NCBI GenBank assembly: GCA_035361955.1 | Contig: DAOSDC010000001.1 | Location: 75,114 to 139,113, forward strand | Direction of reading: 5' to 3' | Length of the DNA stretch: 64,000 nucleotides | Origin: Bacilli bacterium | GTDB taxonomy: Bacteria > Bacillota_I > Bacilli_A > RFN20 > CAG-826 | Shown here: piece after piece, positions 48,299 through 59,088 of the stretch | Layout of the letters: each line of letters opens with the position of its first letter | Position numbering within the stretch: position 1 is the stretch's first letter | The notes under the pieces: model-generated | What the model saw: the letters and a program-made list of their open reading frames with translations, nothing else | Database searches by the model: none | What the model was told of the DNA's origin: nothing | Made by a program: the position numbers and the translations under genes

Positions 48299-48307
48299 CG
48301 GGCCGAT

Positions 48308-49012
48308 TTATAATGGTTTTCGCTTGATTTCTGGAAATGGACGCGGGTATTTAAGAGCCGTCTTCGCGCTTTTTTCATATACGAGCAAATGGCGTTGATG
48401 CCCTAGATGTGGCAAAGCCGCAATTTGATGGCCATTTAGTTGCAGCGCCAATACTTTGGCGGCGAAACTGGCATCAATCGCTTCTTGTTCAGCCTCTCTT
48501 CCTTTGTAGGCAAGCAACAGCCCACCGAGTTTTACTAGTGGAGCGCCAAGTTCAAGCAGCATGTTCAGCGGTGCGACGGCGCGTGCTGTCAAGATATCGA
48601 ACATTTCACGAGAGAAACTTGCATAGATTTCAGCGCGCTCGTTAATAACTTGCGTCTTCGTGAATCCAAGCGCGGTTACGACTCGTTCAAGGAAATGTGT
48701 CCGTTTGGAAGTCGGTTCCAATAAATATAAGGTCAAGTCCGGATACATTATTTTTAAGGGGATGCCGGGAAATCCAGCTCCCGTTCCCAAATCGATCAAA
48801 CTGCCCCGTTGCCGGGCTTCTTCCAGTGGAAAGAGCAATGAATCGACGAAATGCTTTTCATAAATATCCAAACCATCAGCCCGACTCATGAGATTAATAG
48901 ATTTATTCCATGTTTCAAGCAGCGATTTGTATTGCTCGAATTGGGCGAGTTGACCATCGGTAACCGTCGGATAGTTTTGTTTCAGCCATAACTCGAATTG
49001 GGTTTTGTCCAT
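48308..49012 (-). CDS. rsmG: 16S rRNA (guanine527-N7)-methyltransferase
   Basis: It has a SAM-methyltransferase fold (GTGAGFPG) and is 234 aa long. It lies directly downstream of mnmG. Confidence 0.85.
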   Translation of the reverse strand: MDKTQFELWLKQNYPTVTDGQLAQFEQYKSLLETWNKSINLMSRADGLDIYEKHFVDSLLFPLEEARQRGSLIDLGTGAGFPGIPLKIMYPDLTLYLLEPTSKRTHFLERVVTALGFTKTQVINERAEIYASFSREMFDILTARAVAPLNMLLELGAPLVKLGGLLLAYKGREAEQEAIDASFAAKVLALQLNGHQIAALPHLGHQRHLLVYEKSAKTALKYPRPFPEIKRKPL

Positions 49013-49013
49013 G

Positions 49014-50879
49014 TCAATGTCCTTTTCTTAAGTATAGGACAAGCATTGCGATATCGCTTGGATTAACACCTGAGATACGACTCGCTTGGCCAATCGTCAC
49101 GGGTTTGATCTTATGTAGTTTTTGCCTCGCTTCCACAGCGAGACCGTCAAGTGCCAGATAATCGATGTCGGGAGGCAACTTGATTGATTCTTGTTTTTGT
49201 TGCCGTTGGGCTTGACGAATCTGTTTTTGGATGTAACCTTCGAATTTGACGTTGATTTCAAGTTGTTCAATTGCCGTATCGTCAAGGGTGACATCTTTAA
49301 GTTTTGGCATCCAATCGAGCAAGTCACGATACCCGATTTCATGACGACGCAAAAGTTCCATGCCGCTAATCGAACCGATAAATGGCGGACTATTACGCTC
49401 AATCATCGCTTGTTCGATTTTGGGATTCATCTTGATATTGTTTGATGAAAGCATCGACAAAACCAAGCGCAAATCATCGTTCTTTTTCTTAAAACGGTCA
49501 TATCTACTTTCGCTAATAAGACCAATGTCATAACCAATTTGTGTCAAGCGCAAGTCAGCATTATCGTGACGAAGCAACAACCGATACTCAGCTCGTGATG
49601 ATAGTAAGCGGTAAGGCTCTTCTGTTCCTTTGGTTACTAAATCATCAATCATCACGCCAATGTAAGCTTGGTCTCTTCTAAGGATGAGCGGCTCTTGACC
49701 TCGTATTTTTCTAACGGCGTTGATGCCGGCCATTAAACCTAAACCCGCGGCCTCTTCATATCCCGATGTTCCGATGATTTGTCCGGCACCGTAGAGGCCT
49801 AGCCAACGTTTTAACTCTAATGTGGGAGCTAACTGCGTTGGAATGATGGCATCGTATTCAATGGCATAGGCATATTTGAGAAACACGGCGTTTTCAAGTC
49901 CTGGTAACGAGCGCACCATTTGTTCTTGAACCGTGGTTGGCATCGACGTCGAGAAACCTTGCAAATACATCGAATCGGTATCAAGCGATTCTGGTTCAAT
50001 GAAGAGCTGATGACGGCTTTTATCGGCAAACCGTACGATTTTATCTTCAATGCTTGGACAATACCGCGGTCCGACTCCGGTGACGAGTCCACCAAACAAG
50101 GCCGAATGATTAATATTGTCTTTGATGATGTCGTGTGTCGTTGGTTGTGTATAAATTAGATAACATAATTGTTGTTCTTCAACGGGAACAAATTGCGTCG
50201 TTTCATATGAAAAAGCCAATTTGGCATCGGTACCAGGTTGCGGTACCATTTTTGAAAAATCGATTGAATCGCGCTTGATACGTGGAGGGGTGCCTGTCTT
50301 GAGCCGGAATAGTTCGATACCCATCTTAGCCAAGTTGGGAGATAGGCCAAGCGAAGGCGATTCGCCATCGGGACCGCCACTTTTCGAGGTGTGGCCAATG
50401 AGTATTTGGGCTTCCATAAACGTTCCGGTCGTTAAAATGACGGCTTTCGATTCAATTGATTCGCCATTATCAAGCATAACGCCGTAGACGTGATGATCAG
50501 AATAAAGCAGATCTTTAACAGCGGCCTCACGCACTGAAAGATTAGGCGTATTCAATACGAGTTTTTGCATGTAGGCTGGATAGCGTTTTTTATCGGCCTG
50601 TGACCTTAAACACTGGACTCCGGGACCTTTGCCGGTGTTCAACATTTTCATTTGTAAATAAGTATGGTCGGCAGCGATGCCCATTTTGCCTCCTAATGCG
50701 TCGATTTCACGGACGACGATGCCTTTGGCGGAACCGCCGATTGATGGATTGCATGGCATGTTGCCCATCATTTTGATGTTTAACGTCAAAAGAAGGGTGC
50801 TAGACCCCATGTTTGCGCTTGCCATCGCCGCTTCTAATCCGGCGTGACCGCCTCCAACGACGATGACATCGTAAGGCAC
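49014..50879 (-). CDS. mnmG: tRNA uridine 5-carboxymethylaminomethyl modification enzyme MnmG (GidA)
   Basis: It begins [17 protein letters not shown], the FAD-binding motif. It is 621 aa long. Confidence 0.95.
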   Translation of the reverse strand: MPYDVIVVGGGHAGLEAAMASANMGSSTLLLTLNIKMMGNMPCNPSIGGSAKGIVVREIDALGGKMGIAADHTYLQMKMLNTGKGPGVQCLRSQADKKRYPAYMQKLVLNTPNLSVREAAVKDLLYSDHHVYGVMLDNGESIESKAVILTTGTFMEAQILIGHTSKSGGPDGESPSLGLSPNLAKMGIELFRLKTGTPPRIKRDSIDFSKMVPQPGTDAKLAFSYETTQFVPVEEQQLCYLIYTQPTTHDIIKDNINHSALFGGLVTGVGPRYCPSIEDKIVRFADKSRHQLFIEPESLDTDSMYLQGFSTSMPTTVQEQMVRSLPGLENAVFLKYAYAIEYDAIIPTQLAPTLELKRWLGLYGAGQIIGTSGYEEAAGLGLMAGINAVRKIRGQEPLILRRDQAYIGVMIDDLVTKGTEEPYRLLSSRAEYRLLLRHDNADLRLTQIGYDIGLISESRYDRFKKKNDDLRLVLSMLSSNNIKMNPKIEQAMIERNSPPFIGSISGMELLRRHEIGYRDLLDWMPKLKDVTLDDTAIEQLEINVKFEGYIQKQIRQAQRQQKQESIKLPPDIDYLALDGLAVEARQKLHKIKPVTIGQASRISGVNPSDIAMLVLYLRKGH

Positions 50880-52273
50880 TAACCGACGCTTCCTTCCATC
50901 TCGAGTTTAAGAAGTTGGTTCAGCTCAACGGCGTATTCCATCGGCAACTCGCGTGAAAATGGTTCGATGAACCCCATAATAATCATTTCCGTAGCCGCGC
51001 TTTCACTAAGACCACGGGACATCAGATAAAACAATTGCTCTTCGCTAATGCGACTGACAGTCGCTTCGTGTTCAATAAATGAGTCGTTGTTAAACACTTC
51101 ATTTTTTGGAATCGTGTCACTACGGGAAATGTTATCAAAAATTAGCGTATCGCATTCGACATGACTCTTGGCGTTGCGCGCCTTTTTGCCAATCGAAACG
51201 AGGCCGCGATAGTTAGAAACGCCACCGTTACGCACAATTGTTTTGGATACGATTGTCGAGGAAGTATCCGGGGCCAGATGAATCATCTTGGCGCCGGCGT
51301 CTTGATATTGGTTGGCGTTAGCGACGGCAATCGATATGCACGTTCCTTTGCTACGAGCGCCACCTAAAATGACGCATGGATATTTCATATTGACTTGGCT
51401 GCCGATGTTTCCATCGATCCATTCCATATGGGCATCTTCATGGCAATATGCGCGTTTGGTCACCAAGTTAACGATGTTAGTCGACCAATTTTGAATCGTC
51501 GTATAACGGCATTTTGCCCCTTTGTGCACGATGATTTCGACAACGGCAGCGTGGAGCGAATCTTTGTCGTAGATTGGTGCCGTGCAACCTTCGACATAAT
51601 TAACGCTGGCACCTTCGTCGACAATAATCAGCGTCCGTTCAAATTGACCGGATTTCTCGTTGTTGATGCGGAAATAAGATTGCAGTGGCTTATCAAGGCT
51701 TACGCCTTTTGGCACATAGATGAATGAACCACCCGACCATACCGCCCCGTTTAGTGCGGCAAATTTGTTGTCAGTGTAGGGAATGACGGTGTTGATATAT
51801 TTTTTAACTAGCTCGGGATGAAGTTTTAAGGCCATATCGGTTGAGAGGAAAATAACGCCTTTGTCTTCAACCTCTTTTAACATGTTGTGATAGACAGCTT
51901 CTGATTCGTATTGTGCGGTAACGCCTGCTAAATATTTCTGTTCGGCTTCGGGAATGCCAAGCTTGTCAAATGTCGTTTTTATCGTTTCTGGCACGTCTTC
52001 CCAAGATGTCTTTTCGCCTTCGGATGGCCGTGTGTAATATGTATAGCTATCGAAATCCAAAAATGACAAGTCGGGGCCAAAAGATGGCATCGGTTTGGCC
52101 AAAAATGCTCGGAGAGCCTTAAGTCGGAATTCAAGCATCCAATCAGGTTCGCCTTTATATTTGGAAATGTCGCGCACGACGGCTTCGCTTAAGCCTTTTT
52201 TTGTCTTAAGCACGGACGTGTCGACGTTTCTAAAGCCGTATTTATATTCGTTTGGTAGATTATCGTTATTCAT
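50879..52273 (-). CDS. sufB: Fe-S cluster assembly protein SufB
   Basis: It belongs to the SufB family (about 465 aa) and ends the sufCDSUB order. The start was moved to the internal ATG ([14 protein letters not shown]). Confidence 0.9.
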   Translation of the reverse strand: MNNDNLPNEYKYGFRNVDTSVLKTKKGLSEAVVRDISKYKGEPDWMLEFRLKALRAFLAKPMPSFGPDLSFLDFDSYTYYTRPSEGEKTSWEDVPETIKTTFDKLGIPEAEQKYLAGVTAQYESEAVYHNMLKEVEDKGVIFLSTDMALKLHPELVKKYINTVIPYTDNKFAALNGAVWSGGSFIYVPKGVSLDKPLQSYFRINNEKSGQFERTLIIVDEGASVNYVEGCTAPIYDKDSLHAAVVEIIVHKGAKCRYTTIQNWSTNIVNLVTKRAYCHEDAHMEWIDGNIGSQVNMKYPCVILGGARSKGTCISIAVANANQYQDAGAKMIHLAPDTSSTIVSKTIVRNGGVSNYRGLVSIGKKARNAKSHVECDTLIFDNISRSDTIPKNEVFNNDSFIEHEATVSRISEEQLFYLMSRGLSESAATEMIIMGFIEPFSRELPMEYAVELNQLLKLEMEGSVG

Positions 52274-52709
52274 GGTGATGTTGTTCTTCCAGTAGCGTTT
52301 TGGCTCCAATGAAACCGAGCGTCGCGCATTTGATGCGGGCTGCTTGTTTGTGCGTGTTCATGAACACGATGGCTTCTCCAAGCACGCTATCGTCATATTT
52401 TCTTTCATTAATCATCGCTAAATACTGGTCAATGATATACATGGCGTCCGTTTCGCTCTTTCCGATTAATAGTTCGGTCATGATTGAGGTTGATGAAGTG
52501 GAGATGGCACAGGCGACGCCGTTAAATGCGGCATCGGTGATGATTCCGTGTTCGATTAATAAATAAACATGGATATTATCGATGCATGAAACCGAATCCA
52601 TGTGGATTTTTTTGTAATTGGGACTATTTGGCGTCCGCTTGTTACGCGGATGCTCATAGTGATCCATGATGATTTGGCGCATCATCGTCGCATCAAGCGA
52701 AATAGGCAT
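52266..52709 (-). CDS. sufU: SufU-type Fe-S scaffold / sulfur acceptor
   Basis: It is IscU/SufU-like with conserved Cys residues (…VACAIS…, …IKCATLG…) and is 147 aa long. Confidence 0.8.
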   Translation of the reverse strand: MPISLDATMMRQIIMDHYEHPRNKRTPNSPNYKKIHMDSVSCIDNIHVYLLIEHGIITDAAFNGVACAISTSSTSIMTELLIGKSETDAMYIIDQYLAMINERKYDDSVLGEAIVFMNTHKQAARIKCATLGFIGAKTLLEEQHHHE

Positions 52710-53919
52710 CGAGGAAGTCGCCTCCTGTCTTCAGCGCCTCAATAAAGGCGTCGATTTCTTCAAACGTGTTATAAAAATATAAACTGAACCTAAGCGTCGA
52801 CACGACGCCCAAATAATCGATGAGGATTTTGGCGCAGTGTTGACCCGAACGCACGCATATTCCTTTGGAATTCAAATGCGTGGCCGCGTCTTGGGAAAAT
52901 ACGTCTTTGATGTCAAAAGCGATGATTCCGGCTTCGGCATGTTCGTTATAAATATCGATATTCGGCAATTGTTTCATCTTCATAATCGCGTATTCACGAA
53001 GTTGCTTTTCATACGCGGCGATGTTTTCAAGTCCGATTTCCATCAGGAAGGTGGCCGCTTCGGCCATGCCGAGGGCCCCGGCGATGTTTTGGGTGCCCGC
53101 TTCGAATTTGTGGGGCGGTTTCATGAAACTGGCATCGCCGCACATGTCAAATCCGGTCGACATGCCGCCACCGGTCATAAATGGGTCGGTTTTCTCTAAG
53201 AAGTCATATTTTCCATAAATGACACCGATGCCGGTTGGCCCGCACATTTTGTGGCCTGAAAACGATAAAAAATCGATGTCCAAGTCTTTGACGTCGGTTT
53301 TAAGATGGGGGACGCTTTGAGCGCCGTCGACGACGACAATTGCCCCATGGTCATGCGCGATTTTGGAAATTGACTTCAAGTCGATATGATAGCCCATAAC
53401 GTTAGTAACGTGAGCCACGGCAACGATTTTGGTTTTTGCGCTAATTGCTTTGGCTAAATTTTCAGGTGTCAGTCTTCCCTGGTCATCGAGCGGGATAAAA
53501 TTGACTTGACAGCCTGTTTCCTCGCGAACTTTGAACCATGGTAGTACATTGCTCGCGTGTTCGGCTTGCGTTATTAAAATCTCATCGTGTTCGGTTAAAT
53601 ATTTGCGGCCATAACCATAAGCCACCATGTTGATTGACATCGATGCGCCGGAAGTAAAAACGACTTCGCGCGGATCGGCGTTGATTAGTTTAGCAATCGT
53701 TGCTCGCGCTTCTTGAAATTTGACATCGGTTATGTGTTCCAAATCGTAATCGCCGCGTCCGGTGTTTGACGTATGTTTAAAATAATACTCGTTCATCGCT
53801 TCAATTACCCGACGCGGTTTGAACGTCGTTGCCGCATTATCAAAGTATATGAGGGGATGTCCTTGCATTGATTTGTTTGTGAGCATCGGGAACTGGGCTC
53901 GCAAAGCGTTAATGTCCAT
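52693..53919 (-). CDS. sufS: Cysteine desulfurase SufS
   Basis: It is a class V aminotransferase fold with the PLP lysine context FSGHK and the catalytic Cys region RSGQHCA. Confidence 0.9.
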   Translation of the reverse strand: MDINALRAQFPMLTNKSMQGHPLIYFDNAATTFKPRRVIEAMNEYYFKHTSNTGRGDYDLEHITDVKFQEARATIAKLINADPREVVFTSGASMSINMVAYGYGRKYLTEHDEILITQAEHASNVLPWFKVREETGCQVNFIPLDDQGRLTPENLAKAISAKTKIVAVAHVTNVMGYHIDLKSISKIAHDHGAIVVVDGAQSVPHLKTDVKDLDIDFLSFSGHKMCGPTGIGVIYGKYDFLEKTDPFMTGGGMSTGFDMCGDASFMKPPHKFEAGTQNIAGALGMAEAATFLMEIGLENIAAYEKQLREYAIMKMKQLPNIDIYNEHAEAGIIAFDIKDVFSQDAATHLNSKGICVRSGQHCAKILIDYLGVVSTLRFSLYFYNTFEEIDAFIEALKTGGDFLDAYFA

Positions 53920-53921
53920 CG

Positions 53922-54731
53922 TTACAACCTCGCTTCTAAAAGGGCCAGCAGTTTTTTTTGCACGTTAGTGTCATTGAACTGCCCGATTGCCGGTTTTAAA
54001 TAGCCGTATGTGATTAACGTTCGTGCTTCCTGTTCACTCAGTCCGCGCGATTTTAAATAAAATAAATGATCTTCGTTGATTTTTCCGACCGTTGCCGCAT
54101 GGCTCGCGGCTACTTCGTTATCATCGATGGCCAAAACCGGATCGGCGCGGCCAATGCAACCGTCGTCGAATACCATGATGCGCGCCGTTTGGTGCGTTGC
54201 GCTATCGGACGCCCCTTTATAGATGTGGCTGATGCCAGTGAATATTAGTTTGGATTGATCTTCGATGACGCCGAAGTTCGTCATCTCGGCGGCGGTGCTT
54301 TTGGCTTTGTGATGGAAGTTGACCGCGAAAGTTTTGGCATCATTTTGTCGTGACAAGCTTGCCAAATGCCAACTGAGGCGACTTCCAATCCCGAATAATT
54401 CGCCGTTGATGGTGATATTGCCTTGATAGGCACCAAAGTCAGCCATCGTCGCTTCGATAACAGCGCCAGCATCAAGTGCGATATTCAAAAGCCAATCACC
54501 TGAGGTTTGGCGTCCCACAATCTGAAGTTTTAGGCGAACGCCCTTATCCATTATTAAATATAAAGGGACGGGTTTATCGCCGCATTCGATTAATAGATCG
54601 GCATCGTTTTTGATTGTTAAAGTTGCGACTTCATAAGCTGTTTTTGATAAGTCGAGCATCGCGAAATGATGCAAAAGCGAAAGTTCGCCGTTGAGTGTTT
54701 GTTTATGTTTGTGAAGCAAATATCGTCTCAT
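53922..54731 (-). CDS. sufD: SufD (short form)
   Basis: It is SufB/D-family beta-helix (…GRADPVLAIDDNEV…). The start was moved to the ATG that overlaps the sufC stop (ATGA). At about 269 aa it is much shorter than Bacillus SufD (about 437 aa). Confidence 0.65.
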   Translation of the reverse strand: MRRYLLHKHKQTLNGELSLLHHFAMLDLSKTAYEVATLTIKNDADLLIECGDKPVPLYLIMDKGVRLKLQIVGRQTSGDWLLNIALDAGAVIEATMADFGAYQGNITINGELFGIGSRLSWHLASLSRQNDAKTFAVNFHHKAKSTAAEMTNFGVIEDQSKLIFTGISHIYKGASDSATHQTARIMVFDDGCIGRADPVLAIDDNEVAASHAATVGKINEDHLFYLKSRGLSEQEARTLITYGYLKPAIGQFNDTNVQKKLLALLEARL

Positions 54732-55549
54732 GGACGCGTTTTTTCCCTTGTAGCGCAAATGCCGATTGAAGTGGTGTTCATGCTTGGGGTGATTTTCTCG
54801 ATGCTGATGCCTAGTTCCTTGCGAATCCAATCGTAGCCGGTGCGATCAATCTTTTGGATGATTTCAGGACCGCCGGAAACGACGATTTTTCCGTCAATCA
54901 TCACGGCGACGCGGCTGGGGGCAACAAGGTCGTAAAGTCGCGCATAATGTGATATCACGAGGAAACCGACACCTTTCTTTTGCAGCGAGGAAATGACTTC
55001 ACCGACCATGCCTAAGGCATCGATGTCCAGCCCGGAGTCGATTTCGTCGAGCAATGCGATTTTTGGTTCTAGCAATAAGAGTTGTAAGATTTCATTTCGT
55101 TTCTTTTCGCCACCTGAGAATCCTTCGTTTAGTGGACGATGTGCCATTTCCAGTGGAATTTTCATTGTTTTGGTCGCCGTATCGAGCGCTTTATAAAATT
55201 GGAACATCGCCAGTGGCTTTTCGCGTCTAGCATTCATAGCTGCCTTCAAAAAGTCGGAATTGACGACACCTGGCACTTCACTGGGGTTTTGCATGCCCAA
55301 AAATAAGCCGGCTCGTGCCCTTTCATCGGGCGACATCGCTAATAAATCAATACCATCGATGGTAATTGAGCCTTTGGTAATTGTATATTTGGGATGACCC
55401 ATAATCGCCGCGAGTAACGTCGATTTGCCATGGCCGTTGGGACCGAGCAAAGCTACCGTTTCATGGTCGGATATGCTTAAGTCCACGCCTTTGAGAATGT
55501 CGACGCCCTCGACTTGGACCCATAAATCTTTAATGTTTAATGTCGCCAC
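54728..55549 (-). CDS. sufC: Fe-S cluster assembly ATPase SufC
   Basis: It has Walker A GPNGHGKST, signature FSGGEKKR, and Walker B LLDEIDSGLD. The start is GTG with a TAGGAG RBS. Confidence 0.9.
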   Translation of the reverse strand: MATLNIKDLWVQVEGVDILKGVDLSISDHETVALLGPNGHGKSTLLAAIMGHPKYTITKGSITIDGIDLLAMSPDERARAGLFLGMQNPSEVPGVVNSDFLKAAMNARREKPLAMFQFYKALDTATKTMKIPLEMAHRPLNEGFSGGEKKRNEILQLLLLEPKIALLDEIDSGLDIDALGMVGEVISSLQKKGVGFLVISHYARLYDLVAPSRVAVMIDGKIVVSGGPEIIQKIDRTGYDWIRKELGISIEKITPSMNTTSIGICATREKTRP

Positions 55550-55762
55550 AATATTTGTTACTCCTATAATTAAATCGTCAATATTTTAGCACCACCGGCA
55601 CTTGAAACAAAATAATATGATACCCCCATATCATAATACCCGCCTTCGGCGCCCGTCGCTGCCGTTTGGGCCGAAGATTCGATGAAATTAATTGTTGAAT
55701 TAGTATTATTAAAATAATACAATAGTTGTGCTGTATTTATAGGAGGAGGGCATTTATCACAT

Positions 55763-57478
55763 ATGAATAAAGGCAAACTAACATTCGCGCTTTTATCGAT
55801 GGTATCCCTGGTGGCGTTATCGTCATGCGGAGATCCGATCAAAGAAAGCGACGAAGGTTATGTCATGACATTAACAAGCCCCGACGGTACGGACATCCAT
55901 TATACGACCGAAGACTTATTCGCCCAATATAAAGGCAATGCCGTTGGCGTCGCCAAATTTTATGAGGCGGTCGTCGAAGTCGTCATTCGCAACGAAATGA
56001 ATCAACCGAGCAAAGCCGGTCAGTTAGCGGAAATCATGGAAAAAGCCGACAACCGCGTCGATGGGGTCAAGGAAACGGCCAAGAGCAACGCCGATTCCAG
56101 CAAAACCAAGTACAACGATGAGCTCGAAAAGCTGCTTGACAGCTACAACGTCGAAGATCTTGATGAACTGAAAGACTATTTCGCCTATCAGCTCATGAAA
56201 GAGAAAGTCGAAGAAAACTTCTATGAGGACAATAAAGCCGAAATGCTTTCCGGCGCTCCTGATTACGAAGGTTACCTCGATAACAAACTTCCATACCACG
56301 TCAAACACATCCTCGTGAAAGTGTCTGACCAAAGCAACAAAATTTACGATGGTGCGATTACCGAAGGCGAAGCGCGTAAACTGACTTCCGTCATCAAGCG
56401 TTTGGCTCGCCGCCAAAACAATGAAACGTTTGGCGACATCGCCCGCGAAGCGAGCGAAGACACCGGTTCGGCCGCTAACTTCGGCGACTTGGGCATCATG
56501 TCCAAAGCGACGAGTTTCGTCAATGAATTTAAACTCGGCGTCTATGCCTACGACGCGCTTTACAACCAAAGCGCGCAAGCAATCGCCAATGCTAGCAAAT
56601 TATCGATTCCTACCGATGTTGCCACCTACCTAAATGGTTTAGGCCTCGGTGATATTCCTTACGAAGCGGCATTGAAGATTGAAGAATTCGCCGACATCAC
56701 CAAAGACGTCAACGGCGACCGCGTTAACGACGGGGACACGAAATATTTCCCACGTAACGTCTACTTCAACAAATTCTTCAACAAACACAACGTCAGCGTC
56801 ATCACGCCGACCAACACCGATGGATCGGCCAATCCCGCTTATGAAGCGATGGCTGGTTTCCAAGCGGTCGCTGAACTCGGCGGCCAAAAAGCACTCGTTG
56901 ATGAAGACGGCAAAGTCGTCCTCGCCGTACGTGCCGGCACCGGTTCGGGTGAATCTGGATACCAAGGCATTCACTTCATCGTCGTCGAACGCTCGGCTCT
57001 AATTGAAACTTCAGGCTCCGGCGTCACGCTCGAACAATACTACACGACCGAAATTCCCGGAACTTCAACCTTCCCGAAAGACGGATCGGATAACGAACTG
57101 ATCACCTATGTCAATTTCATGCGCACGACCACGAAGATTTACAAAGAACGGTCAGAAACCATCGTTAACGAAATCAAAAAGTTCGATACGATGCTCCAAG
57201 CTCGCATCTTTGAAAAACTTTCTGACGCCCAAGCAGTCACATTCGTCGATCAAGAAATCGAAGACAGCATCCTCAACTATATCGCGGTCACTCGCGCGAG
57301 CAACGCTTTCGCGGAAGAACTTAACTACGACGAAAATTGGCGCACCTACGTCCGTTATCTCGAATATCAGGAATGGCAACGGCTACGGCTCATCCCCGAA
57401 GTTTGCGCTGAAAACTTCCTCGATGCCGATACGGCTGTCGAATACCAAGTCGGAGGTACCTGCTATGTCAAAAAATAA
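55763..57478 (+). CDS. PrsA-like foldase lipoprotein with parvulin-type PPIase domain
   Basis: The lipobox is VALSSCG. A parvulin signature is present (…HVKHILVK… and …SEDTGSAANFGDLGIM…EFKLGVY). A TAGGAGGAGGG RBS sits upstream, and a TTGAAT-17-TACAAT promoter lies upstream of that. Confidence 0.6.
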   Translation: MNKGKLTFALLSMVSLVALSSCGDPIKESDEGYVMTLTSPDGTDIHYTTEDLFAQYKGNAVGVAKFYEAVVEVVIRNEMNQPSKAGQLAEIMEKADNRVDGVKETAKSNADSSKTKYNDELEKLLDSYNVEDLDELKDYFAYQLMKEKVEENFYEDNKAEMLSGAPDYEGYLDNKLPYHVKHILVKVSDQSNKIYDGAITEGEARKLTSVIKRLARRQNNETFGDIAREASEDTGSAANFGDLGIMSKATSFVNEFKLGVYAYDALYNQSAQAIANASKLSIPTDVATYLNGLGLGDIPYEAALKIEEFADITKDVNGDRVNDGDTKYFPRNVYFNKFFNKHNVSVITPTNTDGSANPAYEAMAGFQAVAELGGQKALVDEDGKVVLAVRAGTGSGESGYQGIHFIVVERSALIETSGSGVTLEQYYTTEIPGTSTFPKDGSDNELITYVNFMRTTTKIYKERSETIVNEIKKFDTMLQARIFEKLSDAQAVTFVDQEIEDSILNYIAVTRASNAFAEELNYDENWRTYVRYLEYQEWQRLRLIPEVCAENFLDADTAVEYQVGGTCYVKK

Positions 57479-59012
57479 GATTAAATATATCGTCGCCGCT
57501 ACCGGAGCCTTGCTCTTAGCCGGTTGCGATATCATCGCGCAACCATCCGATTATGAGCAACCGCTTTTATCGAACTTGGCCGCCGACCTTGAAAAGAACG
57601 TCGCCTCGGTCGTTTATGACGCCCTACGCGATAATGGCACGCTGAATCAGCAAGCCAAAGACGACATCTTCATCCTCATCGCCGAACATGTGTTTGGTAA
57701 ATATGAGGACAACTTAACATCGACAGACGCTGATAAAGTCGCTTTTGTCGCCGACGTGCAAGAACGCATCAACGAAAAGATGTACGATCGCATCACCACC
57801 GGCGCTTATGAAACACGTAGCTACTTCAGTGAAGAACGTTTCGCCGATTTTGTCAGAAAGCAACTTTACCCCGTTGCTTACGATCCGATTAAAGGTTATG
57901 TGAAGGATTATATTTTCCTTCCCGTCTCCAAGGCCGAAATCGCCAGTGGCGCCGTGCTTGATGAAGCCATCCACATGGAATACTATGAAGAATTCATCAA
58001 TGGTGTCATCATCCCTGAAATCTATCGGGAAAAACTCATTGAGCAATACGTCCTCGACCAAGACTACGCTACGATTGGACGTTCTTACGCTCGCAAAGTC
58101 AACTACATCGCCATCAAGACCAACTCCAACCATCCGGAAGCTGCTAAATACTTGATGGACACCTTCATTGATCAATACATCCTCAATGATACGCCCGCGG
58201 GCGAAGCTGACCTTGAACTGTTGGCCCGTGCCTGGCGCGGTATCGACATCGACCCGGCTAGCGCCGAAGAAAACCTGCTGATTGCCGCCGGTCTTGACTT
58301 AACCAAAACGCTTAACGGCGACATCTTGGCGCAATACGCGAAAATCAACACCAACCCACAATTGACCGACGAAACCATCGAAAACGATTTCACCGGCAAT
58401 GGCGAATATCGTCCTGAGGAAGGTTTGCTCCGTAAGCAAAACTCACTGCGTAAGCAAGACTTGACGACCGATGGCTGGTATGTCAAAAACGGCGGTCTTG
58501 AATCGCTTCCAAGCGAAATTCGCGATCGGCTGTTCAACATTGGCGTTGCCAATGGCGTTGATCGCATCGTTGATGAGTACGATCCAAGTTTTACCGGCGA
58601 AAGTACACAAAAATCCGAATTTGTCCGCAAATTGCATGGCAAGTATTACCTGATTCCCCAAAACAGTCAGCAAATCGTCAATCCTAACGTCCCGAATCGC
58701 GACTTCTTGCTGTTTGATGCCAGCAGTTCCACCTACTACATCATCCAAATCGAAGAAGCCGTCAACACGACCAAACTCAATAAGTCGGAAACCTCGACCA
58801 ACAACTACGACGCCCTCCATCCATCAATGCCCGGATATCGGGAAATGATCGCTGGCGACGTCGCCAAGATCTTGGGTAGCCGCGATGCCAACAAAACATC
58901 GGCCTATAACCACTTCTTGAAAGAATACTCGATCGTGTTCCACGACCAAGACATCTGGGACTACTTCAAAGAATCGTTCCCCGACGTCTACGATACTGAA
59001 GAAGACAAATAA
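57465..59012 (+). CDS. Lipoprotein of unknown function (no PPIase domain), co-transcribed with the PrsA-like gene
   Basis: The signal peptide is MSKNKIKYIVAATGALLLAGC. The ATG at about 57465 overlaps the upstream stop by about 14 nt. The ORF-track start at 57108 is an in-frame extension inside the previous gene. Confidence 0.55.
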   Translation: MSKNKIKYIVAATGALLLAGCDIIAQPSDYEQPLLSNLAADLEKNVASVVYDALRDNGTLNQQAKDDIFILIAEHVFGKYEDNLTSTDADKVAFVADVQERINEKMYDRITTGAYETRSYFSEERFADFVRKQLYPVAYDPIKGYVKDYIFLPVSKAEIASGAVLDEAIHMEYYEEFINGVIIPEIYREKLIEQYVLDQDYATIGRSYARKVNYIAIKTNSNHPEAAKYLMDTFIDQYILNDTPAGEADLELLARAWRGIDIDPASAEENLLIAAGLDLTKTLNGDILAQYAKINTNPQLTDETIENDFTGNGEYRPEEGLLRKQNSLRKQDLTTDGWYVKNGGLESLPSEIRDRLFNIGVANGVDRIVDEYDPSFTGESTQKSEFVRKLHGKYYLIPQNSQQIVNPNVPNRDFLLFDASSSTYYIIQIEEAVNTTKLNKSETSTNNYDALHPSMPGYREMIAGDVAKILGSRDANKTSAYNHFLKEYSIVFHDQDIWDYFKESFPDVYDTEEDK

Positions 59013-59036
59013 GCATCAAGTTAGTTAATGACGACT

Positions 59037-59063
59037 AAAGGAGGCAAACGCCTCCTTTTTTTA
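59037..59063 (+). terminator. Rho-independent terminator after the lipoprotein pair
   Basis: The hairpin is GGAGGCAAACGCCTCC followed by TTTTTTT. A TATAAT promoter for hit follows. Confidence 0.6.
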
Positions 59064-59088
59064 TATAATGTTAACTGAGAGGTTGATT

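Noticed and set aside
56024-56578. 184 aa minus-strand ORF
   Set aside because: It is antisense inside the PrsA-like lipoprotein gene. It is a shadow ORF in GC-richer coding sequence.
57108-57464. N-terminal 119-codon extension of the second lipoprotein ORF
   Set aside because: It lies in-frame but inside the upstream PrsA-like gene. The real start is the ATG preceding the signal peptide MSKNKIKYIVAATGALLLAGC.
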